Assembly: GCA_944383295.1 (NCBI GenBank)
Contig: CALWOW010000008.1
Location: forward strand, 9,570-73,569
Origin: an uncultured Clostridia bacterium
GTDB taxonomy: Bacteria > Bacillota > Clostridia > Christensenellales > UBA1242
Length of the DNA stretch: 64,000 bases
Reading direction: 5' to 3'
Notes under the pieces: generated by a model
Database searches by the model: none
What the model was told of the DNA's origin: nothing
The model's input: the letters and a program-made list of their open reading frames with translations, nothing else
Translations under genes and position numbers: made by a program
Part shown: in pieces, positions 9,253-18,504 of the stretch
Layout of the letters: every line of letters starts with the position of its first letter
Numbering within the stretch: the stretch's first letter is position 1

Positions 9253-10443
9253 ATGTTTAATAAACAAACATTAAGAGATTTTGATTTAAAGGGTAAAAAG
9301 GTATTATTAAGAGTCGATTTTAACGTGCCATTAAATTCAAATCTTCAAATAACGAATGACAAGCGAATTCGTGAGACAATACCTACTATTAATTACTTAA
9401 TTGAACAGGGCGCAAAGATAATTATTGTTAGCCATTTGGGTAGGCCAGAAGGAACAGTTAAGCCAGAATTTTCATTAAAACCTGTTGCTGAACGCTTGCG
9501 TGAATTGTTGAAACGCCCAGTAATTTTAACTAATGATGTTGCGGGTTCGGATACTTACAAATATGTAAGAAATATGAAAGAAGGCGACATTGTAATGATG
9601 GAAAATGTGCGCTTTGACCCAGGTGAAGAAAGCAATGATACAGAGTTTGCAAAAAAACTTGCAGGGCTTGCGGATATTTATTGTAATGATGCTTTTGGTA
9701 CAATGCACCGTGCGCACGCTTCTACAACCAAAGTTGCGGAATTTTTACCTTCTTGTGCTGGCTTGTTGGTTGAAAAAGAACTCCAAATTTTAGGTGGTGC
9801 ATTAGAAAATCCAAAACGTCCTTTCGTGGTTATCGTTGGTGGGGCAAAAGTAAAAGACAAGATTGGGCTTATAAGTCGCTTGATTGAAGTGGCTGATGTG
9901 GTTATGATAGGTGGGGCAATGGCTTACACATTTTTACGTGCACAAGGGCACAATGTTGGTAAATCTATTGTTGAAAAAGATAAAGTAACACTTGCTAGAT
10001 TATTGTTGGAAAAAGCAAAAAAACAAGATGTAAAAATGATACTTCCTATTGACCATGTTGTAACAGGTGAATTTAGTTTTTCAGCGGAATTTGTAACCGT
10101 AACAACAAAGAAATTTCCTCGTACAGGTATGGGAATGGATATCGGTCCTAAAACTGTCCGTTTGTTTAAGCACTACATTAGTAAAGCGAAAACAATTTTT
10201 TGGAATGGTCCTTTGGGTGTCGCAGAATTTCAACGTTTTGCAAAAGGTACAAACGAAATAGCAGAAGCATTAGCAGATAGCAAAGCATTTACAATAGTTG
10301 GCGGTGGCGATAGCGCTAAAGCAATAGAACAATTAGGCTTGCAGAATAAAATCAACCATGTTTCAACAGGTGGGGGTGCTGCTTTGAAATTGATTGAAGG
10401 TGTACCTTTACCAGGGTTGCAGGCTTTGAGTGAAAAACTTTAA
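9253..10443 (+). CDS. pgk: Phosphoglycerate kinase
   Basis: RVDFNVP, SHLGRP and STGGGA motifs. AAGGAGG SD. Confidence 0.95.
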   Translation: MFNKQTLRDFDLKGKKVLLRVDFNVPLNSNLQITNDKRIRETIPTINYLIEQGAKIIIVSHLGRPEGTVKPEFSLKPVAERLRELLKRPVILTNDVAGSDTYKYVRNMKEGDIVMMENVRFDPGEESNDTEFAKKLAGLADIYCNDAFGTMHRAHASTTKVAEFLPSCAGLLVEKELQILGGALENPKRPFVVIVGGAKVKDKIGLISRLIEVADVVMIGGAMAYTFLRAQGHNVGKSIVEKDKVTLARLLLEKAKKQDVKMILPIDHVVTGEFSFSAEFVTVTTKKFPRTGMGMDIGPKTVRLFKHYISKAKTIFWNGPLGVAEFQRFAKGTNEIAEALADSKAFTIVGGGDSAKAIEQLGLQNKINHVSTGGGAALKLIEGVPLPGLQALSEKL

Positions 10444-10453
10444 GAGGTGAAAG

Positions 10454-11188
10454 ATGAAGTACATTATTGGTAATTGGAAAATGAATATGACAGCAGGGGA
10501 GATAGTAAATTTTTCAAAGGCATTGAGAAAATACAAATTTCCAAAGCATAGTGATGTAATGCTAGGACTTGCTGTACCCTATGTGTATTTGTTAGGAATG
10601 TCTAAAATGCAATCATCTATGATGATGATAGGTGCGCAAAATGTATCAAATCACGACAAGGGCGCATACACTGGCGAAATATCTGCAAATATGTTGGCTG
10701 ATGTTGGACTAGATTTTTGTCTTGTTGGTCACAGTGAACGCCGTGCTATGTTCGGTGAAACAGATGAAATTGTAAATCAAAAATTGGAAAAATTACAAGA
10801 GAATGAACTTTTACCTATTTTGTGTATAGGCGAAACTTTGGAGCAATATGATAAAGGGCAAACAAAAGCGGTTTTAAGTGCGCAGTTAAGCAAAGATTTG
10901 GAAGGAATTGATAAGTCAAAACAAATCATAGTTGCTTATGAACCTGTTTGGGCAATAGGTACAGGTAAAAGCGCAAGTGCAGATTTAATAAAAGAAACAA
11001 TTACTTTTATAAAACAAGAATTAGATAAAATTTTGGGCAAAAGAGAACATATTGTGTTGTACGGTGGAAGTGTAAATCCAGCAAACAGTGCAGAAATTTT
11101 GAGAAACGAAATTGTAGATGGTGCGCTTGTTGGTGGCGCAAGTCTAGATGCTGACAGGTTTATACAAATTGCTTCTAGCGTATTTTAG
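10454..11188 (+). CDS. tpiA: Triosephosphate isomerase
   Basis: GNWKMN, VGHSERR and AYEPVWAIGTG motifs. Confidence 0.95.
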   Translation: MKYIIGNWKMNMTAGEIVNFSKALRKYKFPKHSDVMLGLAVPYVYLLGMSKMQSSMMMIGAQNVSNHDKGAYTGEISANMLADVGLDFCLVGHSERRAMFGETDEIVNQKLEKLQENELLPILCIGETLEQYDKGQTKAVLSAQLSKDLEGIDKSKQIIVAYEPVWAIGTGKSASADLIKETITFIKQELDKILGKREHIVLYGGSVNPANSAEILRNEIVDGALVGGASLDADRFIQIASSVF

Positions 11189-11199
11189 GAGGTAGAAAA

Positions 11200-12735
11200 G
11201 TGAAAACCAAAACAGGAGTTGTTGGAATAATTTTAGATGGTGTTGGTGTTCGTGAAAGTGCAGAAGGCAATCCTATGAAAGTTGCCAAAATGCCCTTTTT
11301 CAATGCGCTCTTAAAAGAATATCCACATACAAAAATTTTTGCTAGCGAAGAATATGTTGGCTTACCAAAAGGGCAAATGGGCAATAGTGAGGTAGGTCAT
11401 ATAAATTTGGGCGCTGGTCGTATAGTTTATCAAGATTTTATGCGTATAAACAATGCTATTAAAGATAAAACTTTGGATATCAATCCTGTTTTGGACAGTG
11501 TTTTTGAACGAGTTGTAACAAATAAAACAACTTTGCATTTAGCGGGTCTAGTTTCTAACGGTGGAGTACATAGCAGTATAGAACACTTAAAATATTTATT
11601 AAAAATGGCTGTTAGGGCAGGAGTAAAAAATATAAAAGTTCACTGCTTTACCGATGGTAGAGATACAAAACCAGACAGCGGACAACACTTCGTGCAAGAA
11701 ATCGAAGTTGAAATGGGCAAACTAGGAGTTGGGCAAATAGCAACTATTGTTGGACGTTTTTACGCAATGGATAGGGAAGAGCGTTGGAATAGAACTCAAG
11801 TTGCATTTGACTTGATAACAAATGGAGTAGGTACTCGCACAAGTAGTATATACGAAGCATTTAAAAAGACTTATGCAAGAAATGTTAGCGACGAATTTAT
11901 GCCACCTTTTGTAATAGGTGACTATGAAGGTATGAAAGACGGCGATGAAATCTTTTTCTTCAATTTCCGTCCTGACCGTATGAGACAAATTTCAAGCGCT
12001 TTTGCAACAAAAAATTTCTTGTGTTTTCCTAGAAAAAATATGCCAAAGATTCGAGCAACTGCAATGTGTATGTACGATGAAATGCAACAAAACTTACCTT
12101 ATGTCTTTGGACCCGAAGTTCCTAAAAATACGCTTTCTGAACGACTTTCGAAATTAGGTTTCAAGCAATTAAAAATTGCAGAGACTACTAAATATGCTCA
12201 TGTTACATATTACTTTAACGGCGGTGTTGAAAAAACATATCGTGGTGAAAAGCGAATTTTGATAGAAAGTAAATTTGTGGATAATTTTGCAGACTATCCT
12301 GTTATGCGCGCGCCAGAAATTGCAAATGTTGCTAAAGATGAATTTGAAAAGAAATTGTATGACTTTGTGTTAATTAATTTTAGTAATGGCGATATGGTTG
12401 GTCATACAGGCAATTTTGATGCTTGCGTGAAAGCGCTCGAAGCATTAGACGAAGCTTTGGAAAAAACAGTAACATCTGCGATTAAATCTGGTTATACTTG
12501 TATAATAACTGCAGACCACGGCAATATTGAAGATATGCGTGTGGAAAATGGAACAAGCACAACTCACACTCTCAATCCTGTTCCATTTATCTTGACAGAT
12601 AAAACAAGAAAGTTAAAACAGGGCAAATTCGCTCTTGACTGTTTTGCCCCAACTGTGCTACAATTAATGGAAGTTTATCAGCCAGCAGAAATGACAGGCA
12701 AAAGTTTAATTGCGGGGGATATGCAATATGATTAG
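11200..12735 (+). CDS. gpmI: 2,3-bisphosphoglycerate-independent phosphoglycerate mutase
   Basis: GNSEVGH, DGRD and ITADHGN motifs. GTG start after GGAGG. Confidence 0.95.
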   Translation: MKTKTGVVGIILDGVGVRESAEGNPMKVAKMPFFNALLKEYPHTKIFASEEYVGLPKGQMGNSEVGHINLGAGRIVYQDFMRINNAIKDKTLDINPVLDSVFERVVTNKTTLHLAGLVSNGGVHSSIEHLKYLLKMAVRAGVKNIKVHCFTDGRDTKPDSGQHFVQEIEVEMGKLGVGQIATIVGRFYAMDREERWNRTQVAFDLITNGVGTRTSSIYEAFKKTYARNVSDEFMPPFVIGDYEGMKDGDEIFFFNFRPDRMRQISSAFATKNFLCFPRKNMPKIRATAMCMYDEMQQNLPYVFGPEVPKNTLSERLSKLGFKQLKIAETTKYAHVTYYFNGGVEKTYRGEKRILIESKFVDNFADYPVMRAPEIANVAKDEFEKKLYDFVLINFSNGDMVGHTGNFDACVKALEALDEALEKTVTSAIKSGYTCIITADHGNIEDMRVENGTSTTHTLNPVPFILTDKTRKLKQGKFALDCFAPTVLQLMEVYQPAEMTGKSLIAGDMQYD

Positions 12736-12955
12736 TCTAATGTGCGATGTGTGGAATTCTTTTTTAAACACAATAAGAATGATATCACCGACAGTAAAAG
12801 GTTTTATTATACTTGGTTTGATTTTGCTGACATTTTTGTTTTTAGCACTTTCAATCAATAAGGGTAAAAACCATATGGAAAAACCTATTAAATGGGTATA
12901 TTTCGTATTTTGTTTTATTTTCTTTGGCGTTGCCATATTTATTACGGTTATTTAA
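12728..12955 (+). CDS. Small two-TM membrane protein (hypothetical)
   Basis: 75 aa from ATG 12728, preceded by GGGGGA. Overlaps the gpmI stop by 8 nt. Two hydrophobic helices. Terminator follows. Confidence 0.45.
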   Translation: MISLMCDVWNSFLNTIRMISPTVKGFIILGLILLTFLFLALSINKGKNHMEKPIKWVYFVFCFIFFGVAIFITVI

Positions 12956-12976
12956 AAAGCGGAAACGCTTTTTTTT
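12955..12976 (+). terminator. Intrinsic terminator after the pgk-tpiA-gpmI unit
   Basis: AAAAGCG-gaaa-CGCTTTT followed by a T-run. Confidence 0.75.
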
Positions 12977-12984
12977 GTTTTTGT

Positions 12985-13023
12985 GTATTATGCATAATAC
13001 TATGCAAAGATTTTGCGCATAAT
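12985..13023. repeat. Palindromic intergenic repeat, locus A (GTATTATGCATAATAC + ATACTATGCAA + degenerate partner)
   Basis: Perfect 16-bp palindrome at 12985-13000, then ATACTATGCAA at 12998-13008, identical to 41156-41166. TTTGCGCATAAT partner follows. Confidence 0.6.
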
Positions 13024-13052
13024 TTGTCGTAAAATAATGGAAAAATAAAAAT

Positions 13053-13077
13053 AAAAAAGCACCCCCAAGGGTGACTT
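13053..13077 (-). terminator. Intrinsic terminator of the minus-strand GNAT gene
   Basis: Minus strand reads GTCACCC-ttgg-GGGTGC followed by TTTTTT. Confidence 0.65.
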
Positions 13078-14358
13078 TTATTCTGCTAGTGGTTGATTTA
13101 ATTTTGCTTTAACCTTTGCTTTGTGGGTGGAAGTAAGCTTTTTAGCTGGCTTTTTAACTGCACTTGAAACTTTTTTTAGTTTCTTTGCATTTTTGTTAAT
13201 AGATTTAGCAAGGTGCAATTCTTCACCTGTTAAACTTTTTACATAGCATCTTCTACGGCGCACTTGCTTGTGGTCGTATTTTTTAAATAATTGTTGTATT
13301 TTTTCATTTTCTTCTAATTGAAGATTTGTTTCAGCAATTTTTATTCCCATTTTCTTTTCTACAATTCGAGATAACATATTATGGAAAATAATTGCCGTCA
13401 AGCCCTTGTCTTGTAGTTCTGGACTAACTGCTATGAGTGCTAAATCCATAGTTTCAAAATGATGAATTGCATGCAACAATCTTATCCAACCAAAAGGGAA
13501 CAACTTTCCTTTTGTTTTGTTTACTGCTTTTGCGATGCTAGGGAATACAAGTCCAAAACCAACAACTTTATTATTTTCATCAACCAAAATTGAAATTAAG
13601 TCTTTGTTTAAAATTAATTTAAACTGACTTATCATTCCTTTTCGCACTTTTTCTGTAATAGGTACTGTACCATATAATTTACCGTATGCTTCATCTAACA
13701 AATCAAAAATTTGCTCATAATAGTCTTTTATAAGTTGATTTACACTTTTTATTTCCGCTTCGTGAATGTTTAAGCGTTTTTGTACCGCTTCGGAAATACG
13801 TGTGTTACGGTCATCACAAGTTTCAGGAATTTTGATTTGCCATTCAATCCAATCTACTTCTTTTTGATATCCTAATGCGTCAAAAAGTTTTGGATAATAT
13901 GGATAAGTATAAGTTGATTCAAAGGTACAAATTTCATCAAAACCTTCAATCAACAGCCCTTCACGTTCTAAATCGTTAAAACCTAATGGACCGTGTACAA
14001 TTTCCATACCCTTTGAACGTCCCCAATTTTCGACTGCTTCTAAAATTGCTTTTGCTACTTCAATATCATCAATACAATCAAAACGACTAATGCGTAAGCG
14101 TTTTTCATTATTTTTTTCATTATATAAATGACTAATAATTCCGCAAGCACGTGCCACTATCTCTTTATCACGATAGCATAAAAAACATTGACATTCGGCA
14201 TCTTCGCCCATATGGATACTTGTTTTAGGGTTTAATATTTTTAATTCATCACTATATAGGGCTGGCACATAAAAAGGGTGACCTTTGTATAGTTTTAAAG
14301 GGAATTTTACAAATTGTTTTAATTGCTTTTTAGTTGTAACAGGTACTACTTTTAGCAT
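13078..14358 (-). CDS. GNAT-family N-acyltransferase-like protein with lysine-rich C-terminal tail
   Basis: Start trimmed to ATG 14358 (TGGAG SD). The N-terminal MLKVVPVTTKKQLKQFVKFPLKLYKGHPFYVPAL and C-terminal acetyltransferase-like core (LIAVSPELQDKGLTAIIF) recall a conserved uncharacterised GNAT family. Confidence 0.65.
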   Translation of the reverse strand: MLKVVPVTTKKQLKQFVKFPLKLYKGHPFYVPALYSDELKILNPKTSIHMGEDAECQCFLCYRDKEIVARACGIISHLYNEKNNEKRLRISRFDCIDDIEVAKAILEAVENWGRSKGMEIVHGPLGFNDLEREGLLIEGFDEICTFESTYTYPYYPKLFDALGYQKEVDWIEWQIKIPETCDDRNTRISEAVQKRLNIHEAEIKSVNQLIKDYYEQIFDLLDEAYGKLYGTVPITEKVRKGMISQFKLILNKDLISILVDENNKVVGFGLVFPSIAKAVNKTKGKLFPFGWIRLLHAIHHFETMDLALIAVSPELQDKGLTAIIFHNMLSRIVEKKMGIKIAETNLQLEENEKIQQLFKKYDHKQVRRRRCYVKSLTGEELHLAKSINKNAKKLKKVSSAVKKPAKKLTSTHKAKVKAKLNQPLAE

Positions 14359-14554
14359 AATATAAATACTCCAAAATATTACAAATTTTTTATAAAACAA
14401 ATTTATTATAGCAAGAAAAAATACAAAAAGCAAATATTTTTTACATAAAACTATATGCTAAAGATTAGAATAAATAAAATTTAAAAAACAAATAATTTAA
14501 AAAATTTTACTGTTTTTGTTTGTTTTAATTTTAAAATATCAATTTTATTCAATA

Positions 14555-14583
14555 TTGACAATATATTTGTTTTATGGTAAAAT
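14555..14583 (+). promoter_or_regulatory. Sigma-A-type promoter (TTGACA-17-TAAAAT, TG-extended)
   Basis: TTGACA at 14555-14560. TGg at 14575-14577. TAAAAT at 14578-14583. Confidence 0.55.
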
Positions 14584-14617
14584 TAATTAACTATGTTAAA
14601 TTATTTAGGAGTATGAT

Positions 14618-15436
14618 ATGGAAAAAACAAACAAAAACAATATTGCGCTTGCTTTGTTTTTGAGTTTCCTGATATGTGGCGTAATGGCTGTTGTCTATGG
14701 CTTGATTTATTATTCAGGTTGGATTTCTGTATGGGTTTCCCTTGCTACCGCTATGTTAGGTATTAGTGTATATGGCAGATTTGCAAAGCCTAATTGGTTT
14801 GTCCCTATTTGGATATTTATTTGGATTATAGTATTAAATGAACTTGCTATGTTGATAGCGGCAAGTTTAGCGGTATCTTCTCAACTTGGCTGTACTTTCC
14901 AGGAAGCGTGGGATTTTTTGTTGGGTTATTTGTCAGTAGATGGTGAAGTTAAAGATTTATTTTGGAAAGATTCTTTATTAAATATTTTCTTTGCTATTAT
15001 TGGTGTAGTTGCTATGTTTATTATTTTCAAGATTAAGGAAAAGAAATTAAAAAAGATTAATGAAGCATTATCAAATTACAATACAAATCAAAATATGAAT
15101 GCAGTTACTAATCAAAATAATTCTAATAGTAATAATATTCAAACTAATAGTACATCAATAAACGAAAACTCATATTTAAAAAGTACAAGTAATAATGAAA
15201 TCTACAAATTAAATTTTGCTAATATTATAAAAGAAATTAGAAAATCTTTGTTGCTTAAGGATAAAAAAGAATTTCAAACGAGCATACACCGAATTGATAA
15301 AATATATTTTTCAAATATTACTAAACAAGAATATGACTATTACAAAGAAAAAATATTTACACTATCCAAAAATCCCAAATTGACCGATGAGCAAAAAGAA
15401 GTGATAAGAGTATTTAAAGAATACTTTATAAATTAA
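14618..15436 (+). CDS. Hypothetical membrane protein (4 TM) with Asn-rich linker and cytoplasmic helical tail
   Basis: Hydrophobic N-terminal 140 aa, N/Q/S low-complexity stretch (NQNMNAVTNQNNSNSNNIQTN). AGGAG SD. Confidence 0.6.
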   Translation: MEKTNKNNIALALFLSFLICGVMAVVYGLIYYSGWISVWVSLATAMLGISVYGRFAKPNWFVPIWIFIWIIVLNELAMLIAASLAVSSQLGCTFQEAWDFLLGYLSVDGEVKDLFWKDSLLNIFFAIIGVVAMFIIFKIKEKKLKKINEALSNYNTNQNMNAVTNQNNSNSNNIQTNSTSINENSYLKSTSNNEIYKLNFANIIKEIRKSLLLKDKKEFQTSIHRIDKIYFSNITKQEYDYYKEKIFTLSKNPKLTDEQKEVIRVFKEYFIN

Positions 15437-15492
15437 AGCCATACTTTACTAATAAATTAACTATCAAATATGATAAAATAAAATAAAAAATA

Positions 15493-15521
15493 TTGACAGG
15501 ACTATTTTGTTATGTTATACT
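15493..15521 (+). promoter_or_regulatory. Promoter of the rplU-prp-rpmA operon, followed by an ~85-nt leader
   Basis: TTGACA at 15493-15498, 17-nt spacer, TATACT at 15516-15521. The leader position matches the L21-leader location in Bacilli, but its structure is not verified. Confidence 0.6.
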
Positions 15522-15609
15522 AAAACTCGTATCCGCATGGAACGGGTTTTTTAAATTTGCTTTGCAATACCTTGTATTTCAGCGAGATTGGTTTAGAGGA
15601 GGGAAATTT

Positions 15610-15918
15610 ATGTACGCTATTATTAAGACAGGCGGAAAACAGTACAAGGTGCAAACAGGTGATGTTTTGACTGTTGAGCGTCTTGATGTGGAAGCAGGTT
15701 CAAAGGTTACTTTTGATTGCTTGATGCTTGGTGACGAAAAGGGGAGTACTTTCGGTACTCCAACCGTTGCTGGCGCTAGCGTTGAAGCAACAGTGCTTGA
15801 ACACGGCAAGGGTAAGAAAGTGCAACTTGCTATCTACAAAAAGATGAACGGACACCACCGTGCACAAGGTCACCGTCAGCCATATAGCAAGATTAAAATC
15901 GACGCTATAAAGAAATAG
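15610..15918 (+). CDS. rplU: 50S ribosomal protein L21
   Basis: MYAIIKTGGKQYKV start after GGAGGG. The track ORF's 39-aa N-extension covers the promoter and leader. Confidence 0.95.
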   Translation: MYAIIKTGGKQYKVQTGDVLTVERLDVEAGSKVTFDCLMLGDEKGSTFGTPTVAGASVEATVLEHGKGKKVQLAIYKKMNGHHRAQGHRQPYSKIKIDAIKK

Positions 15919-15943
15919 ACCTTAAATAATGGAGGTCAAAATT

Positions 15944-16282
15944 ATGACGAAAGTTAGAGTTTTCAAAAAAGGTGATACATACACTCGTTTAGTTTGTGAT
16001 GGACACACAGGTTACGGCGTAGAAGGGGAAGACATAGTTTGCGCAGCGTTATCAAGCATAGTGCAAACAGGTGCTCTTGGTATGCTTACAGTTGCTTGTG
16101 CTAATGTACAAATAAATCGTAATGATGAAAACGCCTATTTTGAAATTATCGTACCGCAAAATTTGTCACCACAAACCGCTCACGATGTGCAAGTTATTTT
16201 TGCTACAATGATGTGTGGTATTGGCGACCTTTATAGCGAGTACAGCGATTTTATTGAAATGGAGGTTAGTGATGTTTTTTAA
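15944..16282 (+). CDS. prp: Ribosomal-processing cysteine protease Prp
   Basis: Sits between rplU and rpmA. DGHTGYG and DIVCAALS (Cys/His dyad). Start set after the GGAGG inside the longer ORF. Confidence 0.8.
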   Translation: MTKVRVFKKGDTYTRLVCDGHTGYGVEGEDIVCAALSSIVQTGALGMLTVACANVQINRNDENAYFEIIVPQNLSPQTAHDVQVIFATMMCGIGDLYSEYSDFIEMEVSDVF

Positions 16283-16547
16283 TATTCAACTATTTGCCCA
16301 CAAAAAAGGTCAAGGTAGTAGTAAGAACGGTAGAGACAGTGAAGCAAAGCGTCTTGGTGTAAAGCGTTCTGACGGCACTTTTGTTAAAGCGGGCGAAATC
16401 ATTGTTCGTCAGCGTGGTACTCAATTTCACGCAGGTGAAAATGTAGGTTGCGGTAAAGATTACACTCTTTTTGCTATGGCAGAAGGTACTGTTAAATTCG
16501 CAAGAAGCAAGCAAAACAAAAAAGTTGTTTCTGTTGTAACCGCATAA
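16272..16547 (+). CDS. rpmA: 50S ribosomal protein L27 with cleavable N-terminal extension
   Basis: [23 protein letters not shown]. The F/A Prp cleavage context is present. Overlaps the prp 3' end by 11 nt. Confidence 0.95.
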   Translation: MFFNIQLFAHKKGQGSSKNGRDSEAKRLGVKRSDGTFVKAGEIIVRQRGTQFHAGENVGCGKDYTLFAMAEGTVKFARSKQNKKVVSVVTA

Positions 16548-16555
16548 ATATTTTA

Positions 16556-16584
16556 AAAGATACGCAAATGCGTGTCTTTTTTAT
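16556..16584 (+). terminator. Intrinsic terminator after rpmA
   Basis: AAAGATACGC-aaat-GCGTGTCTTT followed by a T-run. Confidence 0.7.
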
Positions 16585-16670
16585 TTGTAAAATAATTGAA
16601 AATTAAAATTGTTTAGGTAAAGTTTAATGTAAACATTTACAAATTTATTATTTTTTGATAGACTAAAAAT

Positions 16671-17516
16671 ATGATTTACGAAATTGAAAAAGATAAAATA
16701 AAATTATACGAGGCTGACACTTTTACGCCCGAAGGTGTGTTGACAAGTGGGCAGGTTTTTAGGTTTGGACAAGAAAAAAATGGCATTTGGTGGGTCAATT
16801 CTGCACAAGAACACGCCGAAATTGAGAAAAAAGGTGAAAATAGTTACATAATTCACACAACAAATCCAAATTTCTTTGCAAATTATTTTGATTTTCAAAC
16901 AAATTATGATATTATTTTAACAAGGCTGAAAAAATATGAGATATTACATTCGGCTTTGGAATACGGCAAAGGCGTTAGATTATTGCGCCAGCCACTTGCG
17001 GAAGTTATAGTAAATTTTATAATATCTGCAAATAATAACATACCACGCATACGCAATAGCGTAACAAAAATCGCTCAAAACTTTGGTAAAAAAATGGAAT
17101 GGGGCTATGCTTTTCCCGAACTAAAAGATTTAAGTAAAATTACCGAAAAAGATTTTCAAAGTTTTGGTTGCGGTTATAGGTCGCCCTATTTAGTGGAAAC
17201 TATTGCAAAGTTAAACGAACCTAATTTTTTGCAAAATTTATCTTTGTTGCCAACCGCTCAATTACGAAAAGAATTGCTAAAATTGAAAGGAGTAGGGCAA
17301 AAGGTGGCTGATTGCATTTTGTTGTTTGGTTTTAATAGGTATGATGTTTTCCCAGTGGATACTTGGATAGATAAGGTATATCACGAAGATTTTAATGGAC
17401 AAGAAACTAAACGGACAAAAATTGCTGATTGGTTTGTCGAAACTTTTGGTATGGATAGTGGCTATTGCCAGCAATATCTCTTTTACTACAAACGCAAAAA
17501 AATTAATTTAAAATAA
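16671..17516 (+). CDS. ogg: 8-oxoguanine DNA glycosylase (OGG-type HhH-GPD enzyme)
   Basis: HhH-GPD motif LKLKGVGQKVADCILLFGF ... FPVDTW, with the catalytic Lys and Asp in OGG positions. Confidence 0.75.
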   Translation: MIYEIEKDKIKLYEADTFTPEGVLTSGQVFRFGQEKNGIWWVNSAQEHAEIEKKGENSYIIHTTNPNFFANYFDFQTNYDIILTRLKKYEILHSALEYGKGVRLLRQPLAEVIVNFIISANNNIPRIRNSVTKIAQNFGKKMEWGYAFPELKDLSKITEKDFQSFGCGYRSPYLVETIAKLNEPNFLQNLSLLPTAQLRKELLKLKGVGQKVADCILLFGFNRYDVFPVDTWIDKVYHEDFNGQETKRTKIADWFVETFGMDSGYCQQYLFYYKRKKINLK

Positions 17517-17534
17517 CCGTGGAGGAAATTTATT

Positions 17535-18185
17535 ATGCAAATCGCTCTTTTTATCGACATTGATAATGCAAAGGTAAGTTTACCTGTATTCAAAGACATT
17601 ATCACACAAATTCAAAAAACAGGGAAACTTTGCTATTGTAAGGTTTACGGCTTCAACGAACGTAAGCACATCAAGTTTGATGAAGTTATTGAAAAATACG
17701 GCTTTGATTCTGCACCTACTATGCGTTATAAAAAACGTGCAAAATCACAACTCGACACTCGTATTATAATTGATGCAGTTAATATGTATCACACAAAACC
17801 TTTTATCGACACTTTCGCAATTATTGCAGGTGAAGGTGATTTAGTTCCTTTGCTTTCATTCTTGCGCGCTGGCGGTAAGGAGTTGTTGACTGTCGCTACT
17901 GAAACAGCAGATGGTAACGACCATATGTACGACCAGAAACTAACTTTAAGCGTACACTATGCAAGACCTAGCAAGTTGTCTAAAAAAGAACTTTCTGACC
18001 GTTTGCGCAACATTAGTGAGCGTTCTACCGCTGTTATGAGCGAAAGTGATGAAGAAGCAACAAAACAGCGTGAAGCATTGATTGCCGAAATTGAAGAAAT
18101 TTTGGCTGAAAAAGGTGATGACCTTGATGAAGAGGAAGAAGACCTTTACAACAGTTTGGAAGATTTGTTAAGTATATTGAAATAA
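17535..18185 (+). CDS. NYN/LabA-like domain protein with acidic C-terminal tail
   Basis: IALFIDIDNA ... DTRIIIDAV ... IIAGEGDLVPLL pattern of the LabA/NYN fold. C-terminal DDLDEEEEDLY tail. Confidence 0.7.
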   Translation: MQIALFIDIDNAKVSLPVFKDIITQIQKTGKLCYCKVYGFNERKHIKFDEVIEKYGFDSAPTMRYKKRAKSQLDTRIIIDAVNMYHTKPFIDTFAIIAGEGDLVPLLSFLRAGGKELLTVATETADGNDHMYDQKLTLSVHYARPSKLSKKELSDRLRNISERSTAVMSESDEEATKQREALIAEIEEILAEKGDDLDEEEEDLYNSLEDLLSILK

Positions 18186-18210
18186 AAATATAATCTGGTT
18201 AAAAAATAAA

Positions 18211-18240
18211 AAAGCACTTTATTTGTAAAGTGTTTTTATT
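18211..18240 (+). terminator. Intrinsic terminator after the ogg-NYN pair
   Basis: AAAGCACTTTA-tttg-TAAAGTGTTT followed by a T-run. Confidence 0.75.
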
Positions 18241-18423
18241 TTGTTTATTTTGAAAAAAATTAACTTTATTGTCTTTTTTTGTTTGTTCTTGTATTTTTTT
18301 GATTTTTTTCGAAATACTAAACTCGTAAACAACTTGAATTTATAAAAAATACTAAAATTTATGTGCTTTAATTGATTATTTACTTACTTTTAGCTTAAAA
18401 TTTCGACAAAATACAATATTTGT

Positions 18424-18452
18424 TTGACTTAAATAAAATTATTTTTTATAAT
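18424..18452 (+). promoter_or_regulatory. Consensus sigma-A promoter of surface-protein gene 1
   Basis: TTGACT at 18424-18429, 17-nt spacer, TATAAT at 18447-18452, preceded by ~180 nt of T-tract-rich DNA. Confidence 0.6.
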
Positions 18453-18504
18453 TTATTTACTAAAAACCTTTGGCTTGATATATATTTTGCATAAGGAGGG
18501 CATT

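Noticed and set aside
15525-15552. Hairpin plus T-run (ACTCGT-11 nt-ACGGGT-TTTTT) as an attenuator in the rplU leader
   Set aside because: The 5' arm starts only 4 nt after the -10 hexamer (15516-15521), upstream of the expected transcription start. The full hairpin would therefore not be in the RNA, and the stem is only 6 bp with a G:U pair.
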